Shown piece after piece: positions 45,486 to 56,977 of a DNA stretch of 64,000 nucleotides; positions within the stretch are counted from its first letter, which is position 1; every line of letters begins with the position of its first letter. The position numbers and the translations under genes were made by a program. The DNA comes from Terriglobia bacterium (GTDB taxonomy: Bacteria; Acidobacteriota; Terriglobia; Terriglobales; Acidobacteriaceae). Where the stretch lies: the NCBI GenBank assembly GCA_963734265.1, contig CAVTGN010000002.1:417102-481101 (forward strand). The letters are read 5' to 3'. A model generated the notes under the pieces. It saw only the letters and a program-made list of their open reading frames with translations, was not told the origin of the DNA and did no database searches.

Positions 45486-46253
45486 TTACTTGCTCGTCTC
45501 CGGCGCCGGCGGCAACTGAAAATTAATGCCGAGGTCGTCATTCTGCTTCGCGGTGGCGTTCAGATCGAGATCCGCGACCGCGATCTTGCGGTAATGTCCA
45601 GGGGTTAAATCATACAGCGTGCTGCCCACCACGGCATAGTTCTGCACTTCCAGCTGGTGGCCGTCTTTGAAGACAAGCACGGTCTGGGGTTGATCCGCGA
45701 CCGGACTGTCAGGCGGCGCTGCCGCAGCCGATTCCGTCCCTGATTGAACCCGGCTGGTCCTTGGTGGATAAGCATCCATATACGAGCGCGCTGGTGTTCC
45801 TGGCCCGCGGCGATCAAAGATGGTCGGGCCGCCACGATAGTCGTCTTCCTGATTCGCATCCGCCGCGGCATCTCCCGTGTCCGTTTCCACTGGAACCGGA
45901 TAGGGCACGTAATACGCTCCACCTATGGGGAAAAAAGAGCTCTGGCGGCGAGGATGATGGCGCGGGAAAAGTGGCGGGTTCGCATTCACCGGAAACAGCG
46001 GGTTGATGCAGCATGGAGGCCGAGGCTGAACCCCATTTGGTCCCATTGAAGTAACGCTGGCGGGCACTCCCGGGGCAGAGTTAAATCGTCCACCACCACC
46101 CGTTGTGACCGAGGCAGGCGTGCCGTTAAACTGTGCCGCGGCCGGCGAAGCAAAGATCAACAAAATAAAGCCCAGGAGGATGACCGCAATTGCCGCTACC
46201 GTGGCTGAATTCAGCCGTTCCACATAAGAATCATACTCCAGCCTGGCAACCAT
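45486..46253 (-). CDS. hypothetical secreted protein, paralogue 1 of a tandem pair
   Basis: TM/signal segment VAAIAVILLGFILLIFASPAAAQ followed by a P/G-rich region. The C-terminal module is VLVFKDGHQLEVQNYAVVGSTLY...KIAVADLDLNATAKQNDDLGINFQLP. Confidence 0.7.
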   Translation of the reverse strand: MVARLEYDSYVERLNSATVAAIAVILLGFILLIFASPAAAQFNGTPASVTTGGGGRFNSAPGVPASVTSMGPNGVQPRPPCCINPLFPVNANPPLFPRHHPRRQSSFFPIGGAYYVPYPVPVETDTGDAAADANQEDDYRGGPTIFDRRGPGTPARSYMDAYPPRTSRVQSGTESAAAAPPDSPVADQPQTVLVFKDGHQLEVQNYAVVGSTLYDLTPGHYRKIAVADLDLNATAKQNDDLGINFQLPPAPETSK

Positions 46254-46396
46254 GGCGCAACCCCCGGCAAAGCCTTACTTAGTTAGAATCTTCCTGAGGA
46301 CCGGGAGTTGCGTCTTTAATTTCCCATTCGCAGGCTTCGATGCCAACCCTCGTTTGTCTTATCGCTAAGTGATTGACAACAAGCAGGTGACGTTGA

Positions 46397-47674
46397 TCAC
46401 CCGCGCCCCACGCGTGCCAGTTCCCAAAGGTTCCATGCGCTGTTAGCTACCAGCAACCCCCAGATGCCGGCCAGAGCGATCAGCCGGTAGCGACTTTCCA
46501 GAAGGTCGGCCGCGATCCCGGCAACAAAGACGAACAGGAACGGAATCGCCATCAACTGGAAGCCCAGCCCGGGGTAGTGCGGCGTGCCCACGGCCAGCGC
46601 CAGGAACAAAGCGGCCACCAGCAAAGACGCCGTGTTTCCGAAGTAGCGGGCTCGCGGCCAGCAGACATACGCAGTCAACGCAGCCGGAAGCGCCACCACC
46701 AAGGCGGGGCTGCTCTGTCCCAACTGAGCCAGCACTTGACGATAGGCCAGGGGCATGGCGAACGCTGTCCACGAGACACCGAAAAAAGATGCGTGCGCGA
46801 TCCCTTGCCAAAACTCACGGGCACGGAAGAAGTAGGCCGCATAGAGAAGCAGCAAACTGATCGCGCAGGCAACGACCCAGATCGCCACCGCTGCGGCCCG
46901 TCGGGTCACGGCCAGATAAAGCATGAAGCCCAGTGCGACCGGCGCCAGAATAATCAGCGAAAACTGCGATCCCACCGCCAGCGCCAGTGACAATCCCAAC
47001 AGCACAATGCGCCGCCAGTTCCACAGGATCACTTCGCGCGGGGCGTACAAAGTGTGGGCCACCGCAATCGCGGTGAAGACCGCGCCAAATGCTCCCCAGG
47101 CGGCGCCGACTTCCGGTTCCGCGAACCAGAGTGCGCTGGAGCGCACGATGCCCGGCGAAAAACAGTAGAGTGCCAGCGCCACATATCCTCCGGCATTGCC
47201 AAAAAGCCGGCGCGAAACGTACCAGAGCGAAGCCCCGAGAACCAGGCCGAAAATAATGTAAGGCGCTGCCGCCAGCAAGTGCAGCTGGTGAATGCTTTCG
47301 GGGCGCAGGGAAACCGGCGACAGCAGCAGAGGAGCCGCCGCAATCAGATACCACAACGGCGAATGATTTGGATCGTGGCTGCCGTTCTCGGGGGAAATTT
47401 GAGGAGTTGGAATCGAAGCATTTGATTCTGTCTCGAAAGCGGGCGGAGTTTCGGCCGCAGGCGCCAGCACTCCGCGATGTTTCCAAAGCGAAGTCCCGCG
47501 CTCCAGCCGGTAAATTTCCTCGGGATCAACGCTGCCGGTTCGCCAGCCTCGCTCTACCAGCCACAGACACTGCGCCAGAAACGCCAGCAGCATCAGTGAA
47601 GCCAGCACTTGCGGCCGGCCAAAGCGTGCGCTCGTGAAGAATCCGCTCATCAGGGACGGCGAGTGTTTTACCAT
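46397..47674 (-). CDS. polytopic membrane protein, possibly a GT-C fold glycosyltransferase
   Basis: About 425 aa with at least 10 predicted TM helices and a periplasmic loop after TM1, an ArnT/PMT-like layout. The start could be ATG 47674 or 47650. The family call is weak. Confidence 0.55.
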   Translation of the reverse strand: MVKHSPSLMSGFFTSARFGRPQVLASLMLLAFLAQCLWLVERGWRTGSVDPEEIYRLERGTSLWKHRGVLAPAAETPPAFETESNASIPTPQISPENGSHDPNHSPLWYLIAAAPLLLSPVSLRPESIHQLHLLAAAPYIIFGLVLGASLWYVSRRLFGNAGGYVALALYCFSPGIVRSSALWFAEPEVGAAWGAFGAVFTAIAVAHTLYAPREVILWNWRRIVLLGLSLALAVGSQFSLIILAPVALGFMLYLAVTRRAAAVAIWVVACAISLLLLYAAYFFRAREFWQGIAHASFFGVSWTAFAMPLAYRQVLAQLGQSSPALVVALPAALTAYVCWPRARYFGNTASLLVAALFLALAVGTPHYPGLGFQLMAIPFLFVFVAGIAADLLESRYRLIALAGIWGLLVANSAWNLWELARVGRG

Positions 47675-47704
47675 GTCGGGGGACGGTTCGGGAAACTTCC
47701 GCCG

Positions 47705-48715
47705 ATGGATCAAGCCAAAGACGACGAGACCAAAAATGACAAGGGCATATCTAACGACAGCAAACTCGACGGTCCCGCTCCAACTTCGCCGCCCTCCGAT
47801 TATGCGTTAACAGCGCCAACGTCCTCGCCGGTCGACGACTGGGTGCAGAAAATATTTATCGGTCCGGATGGTCTTCGCCCCGTCTGGCGCTTTGCGCTCT
47901 ACCTGCTCCTGTACCTCGGTCTCCGCTTCATCCTGCGTCTTTTGATTTACTACGCGTTCCCACCCATGGGGCGGTTATGGTTCCAGATAACCGTCGAACT
48001 CGGATTCGCAATCATCGCTCTTACTCCCGCACTGGTTATGTCTCAGATCGAAAACCGGCCCTTCGGCATTTACGGTCTGCCCTGGCGCAACGCATTCGGC
48101 AGACAGTTCTGGATAGGAGCGTTATGGGGAATTGTTTCGCTTTCGATATTGCTGCTGGCATTGCATGGAACCCACGTTTTTGATTTCGGAGGACTCGCCC
48201 TGCATGGCGTCCGTGTCCTGAAGTTCGCCTTGTTCTGGGCCGTCTTCTTCCTGATCGTGGCTTTCTACGAGGAATTCTTCACCCGCGGCTACGCCCAGTT
48301 CACTTTGACCCAGGCGGTTGGGTTCTGGCCGGCTGCGGTTCTGCTGTCGGCGAGCTTCGGTGTGCTTCACCTCGACAATCCTGGAGAAAGCTCTGTCGGC
48401 ATTCTCGGCGCCGTGCTGATCGGTTTCTTCTTCTGCCTGACTCTGCGCCGCACTGGCAATCTGTGGTTCGCGATCGGCTTTCACGCCGCCTGGGATTGGG
48501 GCGAAAGCTACTTCTACTCCGTCCCCGACAGCGGCGAAATTGCCCCCGGACACTTGCTGCATTCCAGCCTTCACGGCCCCAACTGGCTGACCGGCGGCTC
48601 GGTTGGACCGGAAGGCAGCGTCTTCCTCTTCGTCTTGCTGGCCCTGCTCTGGGTGGTATTCGATCGGTTGTACCCCGAAGTGAAGTATCCCGCCGGGATT
48701 TCGAATTCTCTCTAG
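47705..48715 (+). CDS. CPBP family intramembrane glutamic endopeptidase (CAAX protease-like)
   Basis: The three family motifs EEFFTRGY, FGVLH and HAAWDW are present. The start MDQAKDDETK lies 30 nt from the divergent membrane-protein start. Confidence 0.85.
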   Translation: MDQAKDDETKNDKGISNDSKLDGPAPTSPPSDYALTAPTSSPVDDWVQKIFIGPDGLRPVWRFALYLLLYLGLRFILRLLIYYAFPPMGRLWFQITVELGFAIIALTPALVMSQIENRPFGIYGLPWRNAFGRQFWIGALWGIVSLSILLLALHGTHVFDFGGLALHGVRVLKFALFWAVFFLIVAFYEEFFTRGYAQFTLTQAVGFWPAAVLLSASFGVLHLDNPGESSVGILGAVLIGFFFCLTLRRTGNLWFAIGFHAAWDWGESYFYSVPDSGEIAPGHLLHSSLHGPNWLTGGSVGPEGSVFLFVLLALLWVVFDRLYPEVKYPAGISNSL

Positions 48716-48727
48716 ATTGTTACGAAC

Positions 48728-48842
48728 CACGTGGGGACAGCCGCCCCCGGCTGTCCGGTCGAGCGCAGCTCGACAGTTTCTTGCTGAAAACCAAAAGCGG
48801 CGCTACGCGCCGCCGGACAGCCGGGGTCGGCTGTCCCCACGC
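48728..48842. repeat. REP-B copy 2
   Basis: CACGTGGGGACAGCCGCCCCCGGCTGTCCGGTCGAGCGCAGCTCGAC ... GCCGGACAGCCGGGGTCGGCTGTCCCCACGCG lies between two convergent 3' ends. Confidence 0.9.
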
Positions 48843-48853
48843 GGTTTGTGCCA

Positions 48854-50342
48854 CTACCACGAATAGTGCACGGTATAGGTCACTACCTGCTCTCCATCCG
48901 GCGCCACCGTGACCGGGAATTCGACGGTCTGCGCGTCCATCTTGTGAGATTCCTGCGACTGCTCGGTCAGCTTCCAGTTGCTCCAGCGATAGAGATGTTC
49001 GACCACGCGTACGCTCACCGCTTCTTTCTTGTGGTTGCGCACTCGAATCTCGAATGACTCGTCCATCCAGTTGTGAGCCGAATCGACGCGGATGTTGGTG
49101 CGCTTGCGCTCGCCCACCACGTCGAACGAATTCCCGGTGAAGACGCGGATGGTTTCGTCTTTCGGGGTGTGGTCAATCACGTTCTCGCCGACAAATTCCA
49201 GATGTCCATCGGTATCGCGCCGGTAAAAACGCAGCTTGCCCTTGGGCAGCGCAATGCCGAGATGGTTTAACTCGGAGTTTTTGAACTCCTCCATCACCCA
49301 GACTTTGGGATTGGACTGCGTGCCATAGCCCTGGTCCTGGCGAATCTGCTCCATGTTGTAGTAGCCATATTGCTGCACCTGCGCTCCGTCGTAGATAAAG
49401 AGCCGCGACGCGTGAATGCCGGTGGAGCTAACGAACTCCACTTGCTTGGTTTCCTGATCGTGCAGCGTGGTCGGCCGCGCCAGAGTGTAAAGATGAAATT
49501 CGTCGAATGACTTTTCTCTGACAACCGGCGCGGCGGCATCATTCATCATGGCTTTCGCCTCGGCGGCATACATGCGCCCCGCGACCGTTCCCTGCTGAAT
49601 CTTGTTGACGTCGCCGGCCATCAGTTTGATGCTCGCGTTTTCAAACGTCTTGCCGCTCTGGTTGCGCATGGTGATCCAGCCCACCATGTCGAGCAGATCG
49701 GTCTTGCTCTTGGGATTGTCGGAAACCACCAGGTTGTAATCCGCCTGCCAGCTCATGCCGCTGGCGACGTAGGAAATTTCGGCGTCAAATTTGCCCGGAT
49801 CGTTGGTCTGGAGGAGCCAGCTGAGAGTTGGCTTGAGGATGGAGTCGCCGCTGAGCGCCGGAAACAGCGGCTGTCCCGGCAGCCCGAAGCGCAGCACGCC
49901 GTCCACTTCGATGATGGGCTGGGTGTAGGAGGGCTGCTGATAGTTTTGCGCATAATAAGTGCTGGGAATATAACCGCTGCGCACAACTTTGCCCTTGATG
50001 ATCTGGTTCGTCGGCACCAGAAAATCGATGGTCTTGCCTTCGTAAAACGACAAGCAGCAGCTCCTGAGAGATGGGATCGTTGCGGTAATTCTGTTCCAGG
50101 ACTTGCAGCGCGCGTCCGTTAGGATCGCGCAGGATTACCGAATCCGGCTCGAGGTGAGACGCGATGCCCGCATACTGCGCCCGATTCACCCCAGCCGTGA
50201 GGTCAAGCGGCACATACTCCCGTGCCACAAAGAAATTCTGGTTGTAAATGGTGAGTGCAGGTTGGTTTCTGCTGTCGGCGGCCTTCTCCTGTCCCATTAG
50301 CACGCCACACAACAGAATCATCACTAGCAGCAGCTTCTTCAT
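48854..50342 (-). CDS. DUF4139 domain-containing secreted protein, interrupted by a 1-nt insertion
   Basis: ORF 49785..50342 (MKKLLLVMILLCGVLMG...LTIYNQNFFVAREYVPLDL...) and ORF 48854..50053 (SFYEGKTIDF...SWQADYNLVV...) lie in adjacent frames. Deleting one A of AA 50052-50053 reads ...SQELLLSFYEGK... (495 aa). Confidence 0.75.
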
Positions 50343-50489
50343 CTGGTTTCCCCTTTATTCGCAGTGGACGGGAAGGAGGAGGCTTTCCCGTCCTATCCAG
50401 AGAACGCAGGGTTAGGGGAAACTTGCACAGAGTTCTAAACCACAGAGGACACAGGGAACACGGAGGTAACCGGAAGTAACCAGCCAACG

Positions 50490-50704
50490 TGTCATCCTGA
50501 GCGGAGGGACCGCTTCGCGAAGCGAAGCGGTCACGGAGTCGAAGGACCCCTATTTTCGGAAAGTATTCGCTGGAGAAGATTATCTCGGGATCGCGGTCAG
50601 GTGTTGATCAGGTAACGCCACCGCAGGTTCTTGCCGAAGGTAGGGGTCCTTCGACTCCGCATCTGCGTTCGCAAGCGAACGCAGTCGCTACGCTCAGGAT
50701 GACA
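50490..50704. repeat. REP-A copy 4
   Basis: TGTCATCCTGAGCGGAGGGACCGCTTCGCGAAGCGAAGCGGTCACGGAGTCGAAGGACCCCT ... AGGGGTCCTTCGACTCCGCATCTGCGTTCGCAAGCGAACGCAGTCGCTACGCTCAGGATGACA. Its last base abuts the stop codon at 50705-50707. A REP-E-like half (CCACAGAGGACACAGGGAACACGGAGG) lies just upstream. Confidence 0.9.
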
Positions 50705-51157
50705 TTACTCCAGCGCTTCGGGCTCCAGCCCGATGTCTTTCTCGCCGGCAGCTTTCTTTTCCATATATTTCTTGACCCAGGCTTCCCAGCTTTTGCCTGC
50801 GGCGGTGTCGCGTCCGGTAAAGGCGAGGGCCGCGATATCGGAGTAAGGAATCATCACTCGCTGGTTGGAAGTTCGGGGAAGCACTCGTACGATGGACTCG
50901 GCCAGGGTAGGGCCGCTCTTCCGGTCGAACAGATACCCTTCGATCGTGGTTCCGTCTTTGCGGGTGATGGTCACATCGCCGCGATAATCAAATGCTTTTT
51001 CGAGAGCTTTGCGGGTCTCTTCTTCCGACGCCAGCGCCGGAACCCAGCCTTCAAGTTTTTCGTGTTGCCATCCTGGAGAAACTTCAAGCGCATCAGGAGC
51101 CACGGAAGCAGGCGCTTCCGATTCGTGGGAAACGTGCCCGGCAGCCTTGCCGGTCAC
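50705..51157 (-). CDS. hypothetical protein (150 aa) translationally coupled to hpnH
   Basis: The GTG start 51157 overlaps the hpnH stop (GTGA). Sequence ...ALEKAFDYRGDVTITRKDGTTIEGYLFDRK...YSDIAALAFTGRD.... No family recognised. Confidence 0.6.
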   Translation of the reverse strand: MTGKAAGHVSHESEAPASVAPDALEVSPGWQHEKLEGWVPALASEEETRKALEKAFDYRGDVTITRKDGTTIEGYLFDRKSGPTLAESIVRVLPRTSNQRVMIPYSDIAALAFTGRDTAAGKSWEAWVKKYMEKKAAGEKDIGLEPEALE

Positions 51158-52280
51158 GCTCGAGTCTCCTCAAGGGTTTCAGCGGCGTTCGCGATCTGTA
51201 CCAACGGCGCATCCTGACCGTGCTCGATGGGCTCGTCCAAAAGCCGAAGAGCGCCCTCATCTCGATAACGATGGAACAGCGTGGCCTTGGCCGTGGCCAC
51301 AAACCCGCTGAGCGAGCCGAAACGTGTCGTTGACCGCGGAGGCTTCATAGCCGCTATGCACCATGCAGTTTGCGCAGTGCGGATTGCCCGACTCGGTGCC
51401 GTACTGCTCCCAGGCCGTCTCGCGGATCAGCTCGTCGAACGTGTCGGCGTAGCCGTCCTGCAGCAAATAGCAGGGTTTCTGCCAGCCGAAAATGTTGTAA
51501 GTGGGCATTCCCCAGGGAGTGCAGGCGTAAGTGCCGCTTGCCCATGAGGAATTCCATGAACAGCGGCGAAAGATTGAAGCGCCAGTCCTTTTCGCGGTTC
51601 GATAGGATCGCCCGGAACAGCCGCCGGGTGCGGGCTCGTCCCAGGAAATGCTGCTGGTCCGGCGCCTTTTCGTAGGAGTAGCCGGGGGAGAGCATCATGC
51701 CCTCAATTCCCAGCTCCATCATGTCGTCAAAAAACGCGCGCACGCTCTTGGGATCGGCTCCGTCAAAGAGCGTGGTGTTGGTGGTGACCCGGAAGCCGCG
51801 CTCTAAAGCCTCACGGATCGCGTCCACGGCGATCTCGTATCCGCCTTCACGGCACACCGCGAAGTCGTGGTGCTCTTTCTGCCCGTCCAGATGCACGCTG
51901 AAGGTCAGGTACTTGGTCGGCTTGAAGAGATGGATTTTCTCTTTGAGCAGCAGGGCATTGGTGCACAGGTAGATGTACTTCTTGCGCGCCACCAGGCCTT
52001 CGACAATCTTGTCGATCTCAGGGTGCATGAGCGGCTCGCCGCCCGGGATGGAAACCACCGGGGCGCCGCACTCATCGACCGCCCGGAAGCACTCCTCTGG
52101 CGACAGCTGGCGCTTGAGCACATGCGCCGGATACTGAATCTTGCCGCAACCGGCACAGGCCAGGTTGCAGCGAAACAGCGGCTCCAGCATCAGCACCAGG
52201 GGATATTGCTTTCGACGGGCGAGCTTCTGCCGGATAACATAGCTGGCCACCGTCCACATCTGCGATACAGGAACACTCAT
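51154..52280 (-). CDS. hpnH: adenosyl-hopene transferase HpnH (radical SAM), interrupted by two 1-nt insertions
   Basis: ORF 51354..52280 holds [20 protein letters not shown] (CxxxCxxC), GGEPLMHPE and [12 protein letters not shown] 51257..51508 continues with [25 protein letters not shown]...[18 protein letters not shown] 51154..51348 continues with [16 protein letters not shown]. The extra bases lie in AA 51529-51530 and AAA 51320-51322. Restored length is 374 aa. Confidence 0.9.
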
Positions 52281-52358
52281 GCTTTACGGAATTCTCCTTC
52301 CAATATGCTAACAGGTCGGGCCGATCTAGTCCGCTGACAATGTAGGCGCCGCCACAGG

Positions 52359-52477
52359 CCACGTGGGGACAGCCGCCCCCGGCTGTCCAGTCGAGCGCAG
52401 CTCGACAAGGTTTTCGCGTTACCCGACAGAACAGCGGAGCTTCGCTCCGCCGGACAGCCGAGGGCGGCTGTCCCCAC
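52359..52477. repeat. REP-B copy 3
   Basis: CCACGTGGGGACAGCCGCCCCCGGCTGTCCAGTCGAGCGCAGCTCGAC ... GGAGCTTCGCTCCGCCGGACAGCCGAGGGCGGCTGTCCCCAC lies in the divergent hpnH / gyrB intergenic region. Confidence 0.9.
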
Positions 52478-52498
52478 ATGGCCCGTTTTGGCACATAA

Positions 52499-55342
<2,844 letters not shown>

Positions 55343-55744
55343 CAACAGGCAGAGCTCTGGGAAATAACTAAGACTCCCGGAAGGGTCGCTGTTAGAGGTG
55401 GCAAGTCCGTTGGACTTTTTCAGATCGATCTTCATTCCAAACTGTTCAAGTGCAAGTTCACTTCAACCTCTGAACGAGACATTGATCGCGTCGGCCTTCC
55501 GTCTACCACCAGTCGATATTAGGCCTCGTGGCCAGGCGTGGCGCCTGCCATCACCACCCCTTATTGCCGCGATCATGCAGATAATTCCTGGAAGAAGCGA
55601 GATTGTTGGATTCTTCGTCCAAGGCCGCACGGACCTCTGGACGATTGACACACTTAACGCCGCGATAAACACGCCACTGGTCGCGATCGGGTAATGTGCT
55701 CAGTGAATAGAGGACGGTGATAGAATTGCGGAACTCGCGAAGGT

Positions 55745-56416
55745 TTAGCGGGTTGCCGCGCGCGGTTTCTTCGCTCCGAAACTTAGCTTTTCGATCAGTT
55801 CGCTTATCTCGTCTTCGCTTCCGCCGATAAACGTGAACGAAATCGCGTAACCCTTTTCCAGCATGACCAGGGAGCTCTGGCGCATGGTGAGGGTGCCGCG
55901 CGCCTTGCTGAAATCTCCGCGAACCAGATGCGTCGTCCCCAGAGAAAAGTCATGCGGATCGTTTTCCGCATGGAAGCCTTTGGCGGTGGCTAGTTCCGTT
56001 ATTTGTCCGAAGTAGTCCGCCGCGGTCTTCATGTTGGAATAGGCGGAGAGACGCTCGGCCGCGATCACGACCGCCGAGTTAATGGTCTCTCCCGTGGCCT
56101 CCGGCGGACGTTCAAAAATGGCCAGCAGCAACAGAGATTTGGAGGCGTCGTTGGAGGCGTCCGGGGAATCGTCCTGCATCTCCCGGGTGCGATCCACCCA
56201 GCCATAAGGCAGCTTGCAGCTGAATCCAAAATAGGGATTGCGATACACGCCGTCGCTGAGGGCTCCAGGGTCGGCGACCGGTGCTTTGCTATGCGCGAGC
56301 GGTTTGGAGGAAGAGGCCGCCGGCACCTGCGCCCACAAGACCGCCGTAAACAGGAGCGAGAGGGCTATAGCCGGGAGTCGGACGATGATTCGTCTGACCA
56401 CGATTCGTCGGACCAT
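55745..56416 (-). CDS. hypothetical secreted protein (223 aa)
   Basis: Arg-rich N-region MVRRIVVRRIIVR (encoded by a 15-bp x3 repeat), then signal-like LPAIALSLLFTAVLWAQ. No family recognised. Confidence 0.6.
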   Translation of the reverse strand: MVRRIVVRRIIVRLPAIALSLLFTAVLWAQVPAASSSKPLAHSKAPVADPGALSDGVYRNPYFGFSCKLPYGWVDRTREMQDDSPDASNDASKSLLLLAIFERPPEATGETINSAVVIAAERLSAYSNMKTAADYFGQITELATAKGFHAENDPHDFSLGTTHLVRGDFSKARGTLTMRQSSLVMLEKGYAISFTFIGGSEDEISELIEKLSFGAKKPRAATR

Positions 56417-56493
56417 GATTCGATGTTACGCCCTGATTCGGCTCCACAGGTTTGAAACTGGTCGACGCAATCTCGTAGCGCCGCCATCCCCTC

Positions 56494-56910
56494 TTATGCT
56501 GCCTTGGCCAAAACCGGTTGTGTGCAAAAACCGCAGCGCCGCGCGTCGATGGGAATCTCGCTCAGGCATTCCGGGCATTTCTTGGTCGTGGGGTCGGCCG
56601 GCGCCGGCGCTTTGCGCATGCGGGCGATCAAAGCATTGATCGGCGTGACCACGAAGAAGTACACGGCGGCAGCGACCAGAACGAACGAGACCGCGGCATT
56701 GATGAAATCGCCCACCGGGAACGGGGTGCCGTTGATGGTGAAGCTGATCGAAGAAAAATCGGGTTTGCCTACGATGGCCGCGATGAGGGGGGTGAGCAGG
56801 TCTTTGGTGAAAGCTGTCACCACCGACCCAAAAGCCGCGCCGATGACCACGCCAACCGCCAGGTCAACCACGTTGCCGCGAAGGATGAACTGCTTGAATC
56901 CGCTGAGCAT
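56494..56910 (-). CDS. mscL: large-conductance mechanosensitive channel MscL with a C-terminal zinc-ribbon extension
   Basis: MLSGFKQFILRGNVVDLAVGVVIGAAFGSVV matches the TM1 signature. The C-terminal tail is KKCPECLSEIPIDARRCGFCTQ. Confidence 0.9.
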   Translation of the reverse strand: MLSGFKQFILRGNVVDLAVGVVIGAAFGSVVTAFTKDLLTPLIAAIVGKPDFSSISFTINGTPFPVGDFINAAVSFVLVAAAVYFFVVTPINALIARMRKAPAPADPTTKKCPECLSEIPIDARRCGFCTQPVLAKAA

Positions 56911-56977
56911 GGGACGGACCTCCAAAAAGCAAGGGGGCTAATTTACGGTGTTGGCGCAGGGTAGGTCAAGCCAAACC

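Noticed and set aside
55398-55694. ORFs 55398..55694 (+) and 55463..55672 (-) in the gyrB downstream spacer
   Set aside because: They overlap each other on opposite strands, lack SD sequences and show atypical composition. Neither resembles a known protein.
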